Shown here piece by piece: positions 1-8,672 of a stretch of 64,000 nucleotides of DNA. The notes under the pieces were generated by a model that was given only the letters and a program-made list of their open reading frames with translations, was not told the origin of the DNA and made no database searches. The DNA lies in assembly GCA_937775205.1 (NCBI GenBank), contig CALKBX010000026.1, forward strand, positions 28,475 to 92,474, written 5' to 3'. The position numbers were made by a program, and so were the translations under genes. Source of the DNA: an uncultured Verrucomicrobiae bacterium. Lineage in GTDB: Bacteria; Verrucomicrobiota; Verrucomicrobiia; Limisphaerales; UBA1100. Every line of letters starts with the position of its first letter. The first letter of the stretch is position 1.

Positions 1-3000
1 CATCGGCGTCCTTGGCGGGGTCAAGCGGCTTGAGTTTGGCCAGTGCGAGTTTGAGATTTTTTTCAGCGAGCTTTTCTTCGTCGGTGAGTTTTTTGGGTTC
101 TGGTTTTTTGACGGGTACGACTTTGGGTTTGGTGGAGGGGAATGAATTGCGCGCGGCGGGCACGATGTATTGTACGGGGAAACCACCGGGCTTTTGGCCG
201 GCGCCGTTGAGGTCATCGGTGTTGCCGCCGTACTGAATTTCGCCGCGCAAAATATCACCGGGCTTCACGCCGGAAGGTAGTTGCCCGTGCTTGGGAATAG
301 CGAAGTGCAGCCGTACGGAATCACCGTGCCGGAGCGTGCGCGCGACAAAGCGCGAATTGCCACGGATCGCTCCTTCGGCGTGTTCGTGGAAAGCAAGCGA
401 CACGGAACGCGACGCAGGTTGATCGAGCATCAACAGTGTGTGCTGAAAACGCTCGAGCAATTTTTTGTCCGGATGGCGCACGTGATAGCGAAGTACGTGT
501 TTGCCTTTGGCGAGGCTTACGGGGTCATTGTGCGTGCCGCTGCCGAGTCGGCGCTTTTGTGCGTCGAACAACTGCCACACGCCGGACTCGAAAAAATAAT
601 CCGAGCCGTCATTGTAATCCACCGTGAGCACGGGCGTCACGCGCGCGGGTTTGGCTTGGTCGAAGTTGTACGTGATAATCATTTCGTGGATTTGCTCCTC
701 GTCATCCAGTCGATCGCGCACGGGATCGAGTGGCCGGATTATCGCCTTCGTCGGACGCACCGATTGCCGCCACGTTTTGAATGAGCCCGAAGGTGACACG
801 CGCTCATCACGCATCGTTGCGGTGACCACCACGCTGTCGGTTAAATCATTTCCATCGAGCGAAACCACTTCACTGCCGGGAACGAGCCCGTGAAACTGCA
901 GCGTGAACTCCGCCTCCGCTTCGCCGAGGCTCGACCAATATTGCGCGAGGCAAAGCTCCAAGGTGCGCCCGCCGGTGACGGCGAAGCTCTCCACACGCAC
1001 CGCGCCTTCGCGCAAAGTGACGTAGCGCCGCTCGCCGCCCGCGCGGAAGGAAAGCCCCGGCAACAACTGCACCGCGTGCATTGTGATCCGCTGATCCGTG
1101 CCGGCCTTGATCGTGCGCACGTGGAGATCGGCCCACGTGGCGCCAGTCGGCACGGCGAGAAACCGGCGCGTGGTGTCGCCGCCTTTGAAGGTGAGCGTTG
1201 CATTCCATTTCGCGCCCTCAATTTTTTCCGGCACGATCACCGTGACCGGCACGCGCACGAGCGCGCCGCGTTGGGGGGCATCGGCGTCCGTGCCCACCAC
1301 TTCGGTGTAATGCACGCCGGGCGCGAGGCCGGTGGGATCGACTTTCACCGTGATACGCTCGGAATCATTGGCGAGCAGAATTTGGCTGGCGTGCTCCACC
1401 CAATCGGCTTCGCAATTGAGCAGCAGTCGTTTTTCAAAATTGATTTTCTCCGTGGGTTTGGTGTCCCGATGGAAAACCGGATTGAGTGTCACCGAAACTG
1501 AATGGACGCGATCCACCTCGAAAGGCTCGCGCAAATAAATTCCACGCGCATTGCCGCGCGACCGAATGCGAACGTCAAATTTGAAATCACTGTCCGTCAC
1601 GGGCGGATTATTTTTGAGCCAATCATAGGCCTTGTGAATTTGGATCATCCCGCGCCCCTGTTCGTGCGGCGACAAACCGGCAATAGGCTTGGCCGTATTT
1701 TCCAGCGCGCGGCGCACGCGATGAGGCGTGCGGTTGGCTTTCTCCGCCTTGAGCGCGGAGAGGAGCAGGGCGATGTTGCCGCAGGCGTTGGGGGAAGACA
1801 TTGAGGTGCCGTTCATCTGCGTGTTGCGGCGCAGCAACCAGTTCGGCACGGGAGCGATCGCGCCGCCGGGGGCGGTGAGGTCCACGCCGAGGTCGCCATC
1901 GAGCGTGGGCCCGCGCGAGCTCCACGTGTATTGCATTTCCTTGCGCGTGGCGCGCATGCCGTATTGATCGAGCATCATCTGCGGCGTGACGCTCGCGCCA
2001 ATGCCGAGCAGGGCGCTGGTGCTGCCGCCGGGGGAACCGACGGAAGAGAGCGCGGGGCCGTTGTTGCCCGCGCTGGCGCAGAAAGATGACGCCGTGGCGA
2101 TTCACGATGTTGGAGTACTCGGTGTAAATTCGGCCGGCATTCGGGCGCGACGCCGGGCCGCCGTAGCTCATATTGATGAGGTCGCATTTGTTTTGCAAAA
2201 CGGTGATGAGCCCGCGCATTTCGCCCGTGCCGGTGGAGCTGGAGCCGAGGCGGGTGTCGCCGATTTTGACGGAAACAATTTGTGCGCCGGGCGCGAGGCC
2301 GTTCAGTTCAGGTTGCTTGGGGAAATGCGCGGCCACGATGCCGGCCACGTGGGTGCCGTGCGCGCCGCAGTCGACGACGACCGAAAGCAGATCACCATTG
2401 CGATAAATGTTGGTGGCGAAATTCATTTGCGCTTCGCCGCCGAAGGTTCCGTAATCGCGGTTCACGCGAAAATTGGTCATGAGTTTTTCATCGGCGAAAT
2501 CGCCGTCCTCATTGGTGTCAATGCTCGCATTCCAGCGTTTGCCATCGTGAAAAACAAGGCAGTCGAAAATGGGGCCGGAGTCGCGGTATTTGGCTTGCAG
2601 CGTTTTGAGCTGGGTGAGTCCTGCGGCAAGATCATCGCGTTGGAGCATTTGCTCCTTCGTGGGTTTGGGGTTGGCTTTGTCCCAATCGGCGATGGCGCGC
2701 TCAATTCCCTCGGTGCGTTTGCGTTGTTGGATATCCCACGGCTCGCGGCGCTTGGCCTTGAGGCGGCTCACCAGTTCGGCTGGGAAAATGCGCCACGCTT
2801 CGACCATCCCGACGCGGTATTTTTTATCGCGGCTCTTCCACGCCTTGGGCAGCGTGAGCGTGCGGCCGGTGAGGCCGGTGAGTTTGCCATCTTTGAGTTC
2901 GCGCACGGTGGTGGTGCGCACATCGCCGCTGCCGGAGCCATCGACGACGTCGATGATTTTGGGGCGACCGTCGGGGGTGGTTTGCAATCCGGGCGCGCCG

Positions 3001-3239
3001 GGATCCACGCCGGTATCAAAAATGGCGACGATCACGCCGCGCCCGTCGTACTCCGGATGCTCCTTTAGAAACTGCGCCGCGCCGGTTGCGCGTTTGGGGA
3101 TGAGCGCGGTGAAGGGTTGGTTGCCATTTTCACCGGGGTCGGCGTGAGAAATATATTTGGCGTACGCGCCGTAATTCGTTGGATCCGGAGTGTGACAAGC
3201 GGCCAGCAGCACGGCCAGCATGGGGATGAAACGTTTCAT
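1..3239 (-). pseudogene. Tripeptidyl-peptidase II-like S8 (subtilase) serine protease with lipoprotein signal. The frame is broken by a 1-nt insertion (or assembly indel). The C-terminus lies beyond the window edge.
   Basis: ORF 1623..3353 shows S8 Asp/His motifs (IFDTGVDPGAPG, GAHGTHVAGIVAA) up to ...NRHGVIF, then becomes R/P/A/H-rich nonsense. Moving +1 at minus-strand TTT (plus AAA 2082-2084) restores FCASAGNNGPALSSVGSPGG ... MNGTSMSSPNACG (catalytic Ser motif). That frame stays open to position 1, which is why the ORF track does not list it. ATG at 3239 gives MKRFIPMLAVLLAAC, a lipobox. Confidence 0.75.
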
Positions 3240-3330
3240 ATGCGCGATAGGATAATGATGGACGTTGGGCTTGCCAACTTTGTTCGTTGAAATCATTGCG
3301 GTTTTGCTATAGTCATCCGTCAGTTTTGGT

Positions 3331-4254
3331 ATGGATAAAACTTGGGAAATCATCAGAGAGGTGCTGACTTATCCGCTCATTAGAATGGGCGAGAGCAGTC
3401 TCACGCTGCAGAGTTTGTTAATTCTTGGCGTGTTGTTTGCGTTGGTTTTGTTGCTGGAAAAAATCCTGCGCGAGCGCGTCATCATGCGCATTTTCGAGAA
3501 GACGGATTTCCCCGAGTCGCTGGAGTACGGCCTCGCGCGGATTATGGGGTATGTGTTCATCGTCATCGGCTGGTACATGGCGTTGCAGTTTGTGGGCATC
3601 GATCTCAGCTCGCTGGCGCTCGTCGCCGGCGGCATCAGTGTGGGCGTCGGTTTCGGCCTGCAAAATATCATCAATAATTTTGTCAGCGGCATCATTATTT
3701 TTGCCGAGCGGCCCATTGCCATCGGCGACCGCGTGGAGGTGAGCGGCATCGCCGGGCGCGTGGTAAAAATCAGCCTCCGCAGCACCACGGTGATCACCAA
3801 TGACAACATTACGATGATTGTGCCCAACGCGGATTTCATTTCGCAAACGGTCACCAACTGGAGTCACGGCGATCTGAAGGTGCGCATTCGCGTGCCCATC
3901 GGGGTGGCGTACGGGTCGGACATTGATCTGCTGGAGAAAGTGCTGCTGGAGATTGCCGATGAAAACCCCAAGGCGCTGAAAGACCCCAAGCCCTCGGTGC
4001 TTTTCGACAGTTTCGGCGACAACTCGCTCAACTTCGAGCTGGCTCTTTGGACGGCCTCGATGACCACGCGCCCTCGGCGGTTTATTAGTACGATCAATTT
4101 TGCCATCGAGAAAAAGTTGCGCGAAAATAATATCGAGATTCCTTTTCCGCAGCGCGATTTACACATCCGTTCGAGCGCGTTGGAAAAAAAATGGCCGGCG
4201 GAAACGGAGCCTCCCACCGGTCAAGGTGATCGTCTAGAGGAAGATTCCCGCTAG
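3331..4254 (+). CDS. Small-conductance mechanosensitive channel (MscS family)
   Basis: 307-aa ORF with N-terminal TM helices and the MscS core FAERPIAIGDRVEVSGIAGRVVKISLRSTTVITNDNITMIVPNADFISQTVTNWSH. Confidence 0.9.
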   Translation: MDKTWEIIREVLTYPLIRMGESSLTLQSLLILGVLFALVLLLEKILRERVIMRIFEKTDFPESLEYGLARIMGYVFIVIGWYMALQFVGIDLSSLALVAGGISVGVGFGLQNIINNFVSGIIIFAERPIAIGDRVEVSGIAGRVVKISLRSTTVITNDNITMIVPNADFISQTVTNWSHGDLKVRIRVPIGVAYGSDIDLLEKVLLEIADENPKALKDPKPSVLFDSFGDNSLNFELALWTASMTTRPRRFISTINFAIEKKLRENNIEIPFPQRDLHIRSSALEKKWPAETEPPTGQGDRLEEDSR

Positions 4255-4274
4255 ATAGATCGGGATTGGTTCGA

Positions 4275-5368
4275 TTACGCGTCCGAGCGCTCTTTCTTTG
4301 GCGCCTTCTTCGGCTGACGCTTGAAGGGTTCGATGTTGAAATCAAACTTGTGGTCGAATTTGAAATCGCCGCCTTTCAAGTTTAGCCCGTTGAGCTGGAT
4401 GCCTCCCTTGCCGCCGCCCATGCCTTCCAGTTGCTCGAGCTTCTTGATGAGATTACGATCTAGCGAGTCGCGCTGTTCCTCTGTGTCCACCGGTCCGGTA
4501 AATGATTCCGCACCATCGGGATCCTTCGCGGTAAATGTCTTTTTGCCGTTCTTGGTGGTGAGCGTGTATGAGCCGGTGTTGTCACTGACCGAGACGCTGG
4601 TCACCACTTGTCTACGGATATTTAGGTTCGGGTCCTCGTTTGCTCATTGTTTCCGCCCGGTAGATTAAAGTGAAACTTGAACTCTTTGCCGCCATTCCCT
4701 TTAGGGGCACCTTGGCCAAAGTTTAGCCCCTGGCCTTCCAGCAGTTTTTTCAATTCCTCCGGGTTAATGCCTGGAATGTTTTTTAACTGCTCATTCAGTT
4801 GATCAAGATTTTGCGGGTTCAGTTTGAACATTTGCATTTGCCCATGGCCCAGCCCGTTGGGCAGGTTAAACTGTTGCCATTGACCTTCCGGCCCGTTGGG
4901 CAGGTTGAAGGGCAACAACTTGCCATTTTGCAAACGCAAGGCCTGCGGCGCGCGCGCGACGATCGGTCCCTTGGTGAGCTTGGCCTTGGCCTTGTGTTCT
5001 TTGCCTTTGCGAATATAAGTTAGCTTTACTTCGTCGCCGGGTTTCTTGGTGCGGATGAGGGTCTGTAATTGCTGACTATTGATAATGAGCTGATCATCGA
5101 GCTGGGTGATGATGTCATTTACCTTGAGACCGGCCTTTTCCGCCGCGCTTCCTTTGGTCACGTGTCCCACGGATACGCCAATGCCTTCGGGCAGGCCGAG
5201 CTGCGCGCGGGTGAGGGGTGGGATTTCGCCCATCGCTACTCCAAGGTAGGTGCCGGAGGCTTCTTTGGCGGAGGGCTCCGGAATCTTATCTTTGTCAGCT
5301 GCCAAGGCGGGCAACGTGATGGCTGCAGCGATTATTGGGATAAGTAGTCTTTTCATTTTGATTTTCAA
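4275..5368 (-). pseudogene. Secreted PDZ-domain protein, split by a frameshift between ORFs 4622..5368 and 4275..4607
   Basis: Signal peptide MKRLLIPIIAAAITLPALA. PDZ core GVSVGHVTKGSAAEKAGLKVNDIITQLDDQLI. The upstream ORF ends ...FHFNLPGGNNEQTRTRT*. The adjacent frame reads on as ANEDPNLNIRRQVVTSVSVSDNTGSYTLTTKNGKKTFTAKDPDG...GPVDTEEQRDSL. The shift must lie within 4625-4643, for example the A3/T3 run at 4639-4641. Confidence 0.65.
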
Positions 5369-5394
5369 TTTAGGTTAAAGTCAGTGTACGTCAA

Positions 5395-6543
5395 TCACCG
5401 ACCTCTAGGAGGACGGCGGCCTTGCTGAGATTGCATCTCCTTGTACTTCCCCCTCTGCTCGTCAGTCAGAAGTCCTTCCATCCGCTTTTGATACGTTTCA
5501 TCCAGTTCTTTCATCATCTCGGAGTACTCAAGCTGTTCCTCGCTTTGCTTTAGCCTAATAGCAGCAATTTTCTTTTGCTGTTCTTCAGTCAAGTTGAGTT
5601 CCTTGAACGGGTTATCCCCGTTAAAACCGCCGGGTCGTTGGCGGGCGAATGGATCAAATGCTTGCCCCTGGTTCTTTCGCATTTCTTCCCAGCGCCCGCG
5701 GAAGGCTGCCGCGCGATTACCCACACGCCCCTCTTCCATTTGTTCAAGTTTCTTGAGCAAATTGCCATCCGGTGCCGAGAAACTTGCCGAATCAAAAGTG
5801 GTTTTGGCTTTTGCAACCACGGCATTGGCTTGCGGTCAGCGCCTTGGTCAGTGTCTTCGCAGCCTCGGCGGCCTTGGCTTGCGCTGGTTCTTTTGTCTCG
5901 GCATTGGCTGCGGTCAGCGCCTTGTCAGCAAAAGTCTTGTCGGTCTGCGCCTTGGTCAGTGCCGTTGCAGCAGCGGTGGCCTTTGTTTGCGCGGGCTTTT
6001 GTTTCGCGTTGACGAGGCCTTCATACACCTTCTTGGTGTCCAACGTCTCACGCTGCTTCTCGTATCCACTGGCCCGTCAAATAGCAAAGCTCCACCACCT
6101 TCGGCTTTGAATCGTTTTTCACCGTTACTAACTGTGATCGTGTAACGGCCGCCTTTACCATCGGAGCTGGTCGTAGTGCCATTTTGAAATGCACCGCCTG
6201 GACCCCGGTTCTTTCTTTTTTCTTCCATACGCGCCCTGGCATCCTCACGCGCTTTATCGGCACGGTCCCTTGCTTCCCCAAATACCCTGCCAGCTTGTCG
6301 GTTGCGAAATTGCCCTCTGCGTTGATCGGCTTTTAATTGTCTTTCGTATTCATTAAGTATCTTCTTAGCCAAATCTTTCGAGATTAATCCTGACTTGAGG
6401 GCGGCCCCGATCTCCTTTTCCTTTGTGGCATATTTCTCCGTTAATGGATCTTTGACTTCCTTTTTGTCATCGGCCATTACAACAGAAATGCTGCCGATCA
6501 CTAGCAATACTGCGGTAACGGCTCCCATTACGTGTATTTTCAT
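5395..6543 (-). pseudogene. Secreted Spy/CpxP-like (LTXXQ-motif) periplasmic protein, paralogous in its central module to 4275..5368, broken by two frameshifts
   Basis: Three consecutive ORFs (5956..6543, 5792..6043, 5395..5820) join into one sensible protein. The order is signal/TM MKIHVMGAVTAVLLVIGSISVVMA, then ...GRYTITVSNGEKRFKAEGGGALLFDGPVDT|EKQRETLDTKKVYEGL, then an Ala/Lys/Thr-rich repeat, then ...KALTA|ANAVVAKAKTTFDS, then LNLTEEQQKKI and LLTDEQRGKY (LTXXQ). Shift 1 is near 6058-6063. Shift 2 is an extra T at 5830/5831. Confidence 0.6.
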
Positions 6544-6653
6544 CGGGGCGAGTTTATGTGGGTTTTATTGCTTAATGCAATAGGAAAGCGATAGGGAGCA
6601 AAGTTTTTGTTTTAAAAATTGCAGAATCTTTGCGCCTCGGCCCATAATCACTC

Positions 6654-7790
6654 ATGCGCACGTTTTTTATGACTCTAGCCTGTATTATCGCTTTAAACCT
6701 TCAGGCTGCTCCAAAGGAGTTGCTAGTTTATATCGGCACCTACACCAAAACCGAGGAGCAGGGAATCCATTGGCTTAAATTGGAAATGGCAACGGGCAAG
6801 CTTACGGCGGTGGGCAAATTGGCCGGGCAAAAGAACCCTTCATTTCTCGCCATTCATCCCAATAAAAAATTTCTCTATGCGGTTAATGAGATTGGCAATT
6901 ACAAGGGCGAGAAGGCCGGAGGAGTGAGTGCGTATTCAATTGATCCAAAGACCGGTGCCTTGACGTTCCTCAACCAGCAATCCTCCAAGGGTGGGGCACC
7001 ATGTCATCTGGTGGTGGATGCCACCGGCCGAAACGTCCTTGTGGCCAACTATACCGGCGGCAGTGTGGCAAGTTTGCCGATCTCACGAAAAGGGCGTTTA
7101 CGTAAAGCTTCCTCGTTTATCCAGCATGAGGGTTCAAGCATATTGAAACCGCGGCAGGCTTCCCCTCACGGCCATTCCATTAATGTTTCACCGGGTAACA
7201 AGTTTGCGGTGGCAGCTGATCTCGGCCTAGATAAGGTTCTGGTTTACGGTTTTGATGCGAAGGGTGGAAAGCTGACCGACGCCGGGTTTGCCAAGGTGGC
7301 ACCCGGAGCGGGGCCAAGGCATTTTGCGTTTCACCCTAATGGTAAATTTGCTTATGTAATCAATGAGATTACGCTTACCGTGACCGCTTTTGCATGGGAC
7401 GAGGAGAAGGGTAAGCTGGGTGAGTTGCAGACCATCACCACGCTACCGGTAGAACGTGGGAAAGGGATGAGCACGGCGGAGGTTCAGGTGCACCCGAGTG
7501 GGAAGTTTTTGTATGGCTCCAATCGCGGTCACAACACGATTGCGGTATTCAGCATCGATGGAAAGACCGGCAAGCTAAAGGCGGTTCAACATCAGTCTAC
7601 GCTGGGTAAAACACCCCGTAATTTCGGCATCGATCCCACTGGAAAATTTCTAATTGCCGCCAATCAATCCAGCGGTGATGTTTTCACTTTTCATATTAAC
7701 CAAGATACTGGCGAGCTGAAGCCCACCAGCCATTCAGTCAAAGTGCCCATGCCGGTTTGTGTTAAGTTTTTGGATTTAGGTGGTGAATGA
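6654..7790 (+). CDS. Lactonase, 7-bladed beta-propeller family (6-phosphogluconolactonase YbhE-like), with signal peptide
   Basis: 378 aa. Repeated blade motifs and the family-typical GAGPRHFAFHPNGKFAYVINE and PRNFGIDPTGKFLIAANQSSGDV resemble E. coli YbhE/Pgl. Confidence 0.8.
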   Translation: MRTFFMTLACIIALNLQAAPKELLVYIGTYTKTEEQGIHWLKLEMATGKLTAVGKLAGQKNPSFLAIHPNKKFLYAVNEIGNYKGEKAGGVSAYSIDPKTGALTFLNQQSSKGGAPCHLVVDATGRNVLVANYTGGSVASLPISRKGRLRKASSFIQHEGSSILKPRQASPHGHSINVSPGNKFAVAADLGLDKVLVYGFDAKGGKLTDAGFAKVAPGAGPRHFAFHPNGKFAYVINEITLTVTAFAWDEEKGKLGELQTITTLPVERGKGMSTAEVQVHPSGKFLYGSNRGHNTIAVFSIDGKTGKLKAVQHQSTLGKTPRNFGIDPTGKFLIAANQSSGDVFTFHINQDTGELKPTSHSVKVPMPVCVKFLDLGGE

Positions 7791-7794
7791 GGAG

Positions 7795-8547
7795 TTAGAG
7801 GAACTGTCTGCGGTACTGCAGCGGCGTGAGGCCCATGGCTTTCTTGAACTGCACGGTGAAAGAGCTTTGGTCGTAAAAGCCAAGGTCGACCGCGATGCTG
7901 CCAATGTTCAGGTCGGGTTGCATCAACAAATCGCACGATTCATTTATGCGCAGCTTGATGAGGTACTGCTGCGGGGTGAGGTTAAAGTAATTCTGAAAAC
8001 GTCGCTCAAACTGCCGCAACGAGATCCCGCTCATTTCGGCCAATTGACGGATGGACAGCTTTTCGCGAAATTGAGCATGCAGATGGTTCATCACGCGGGC
8101 CATGCTTTGTTGTCCGGAGAATAATTCGCGGCGTTGATGATAGTCCTGAATGATGCCCATCACGCCGAGAACCTGATTGGTCTTCGAGAGGATGGGATAT
8201 TTTGAGGTGATAAACCACGACGGGATGCCTTGGCGGTTGAGGAAAATCTCCACAATCTTGGTGACCGGCTTGCGGCGTTCCATGATCTGCAGGTCATCAC
8301 GACGGAATTTTTCCGCCAACCGGCGTGGCAGCAGGTCGAAATCGGTGTGGCCAATCAGTTCCTCCTCTTTTTCAAATTCATACAACTCAACCAAATACTG
8401 ATTGGCCGCCAAAAGCACCCCTTCGCGATCCTTGGCAAAAAAGGAGACATTCTCAATACAGTCGAAAAGATGATAGACTGGAGAGGCTGAAATGAGCGTG
8501 TTCAATAAAATACGCCGCTGTTTTTGAATGTACTTTGCGCTTTTCAT
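7795..8547 (-). CDS. AraC-family transcriptional regulator with N-terminal PAS-like sensor domain
   Basis: C-terminal double HTH LSIRQLAEMSGISLRQFERRFQNYFNLTPQQYLIKLRINESCDLL...GFYDQSSFTVQFKKAMGLTPLQYRR. The N-terminus matters for the start call. The first 69 codons of ORF 7795..8754 look non-coding, so I chose ATG 8547 (MKSAKYIQ). Confidence 0.85.
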   Translation of the reverse strand: MKSAKYIQKQRRILLNTLISASPVYHLFDCIENVSFFAKDREGVLLAANQYLVELYEFEKEEELIGHTDFDLLPRRLAEKFRRDDLQIMERRKPVTKIVEIFLNRQGIPSWFITSKYPILSKTNQVLGVMGIIQDYHQRRELFSGQQSMARVMNHLHAQFREKLSIRQLAEMSGISLRQFERRFQNYFNLTPQQYLIKLRINESCDLLMQPDLNIGSIAVDLGFYDQSSFTVQFKKAMGLTPLQYRRQFL

Positions 8548-8672
8548 GTATAAAACTGGGTTGGAGACGATTGGCTTCGCATGTCGCATTAATAATAAAA
8601 AAGGCCGAAAGAATGCAAGACAGATTTTCCCGATCAAGGTATGTTCATGGCGTTCAGAGAATAACCAATCCA

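Noticed and set aside
1986-3068. Long antisense or shadow ORFs opposite real genes. Examples: 1986..3068 (+), 11725..12774 (-), 14906..16123 (-), 35864..37453 (-), 46106..47320 (-), 49896..50783 (-), 55546..56886 (+).
   Set aside because: Their translations are Arg/Ala/Gly/His-rich low-complexity strings without motifs. They lie entirely opposite ORFs with clear family signatures. This is the typical stop-poor antisense frame of GC-rich DNA.
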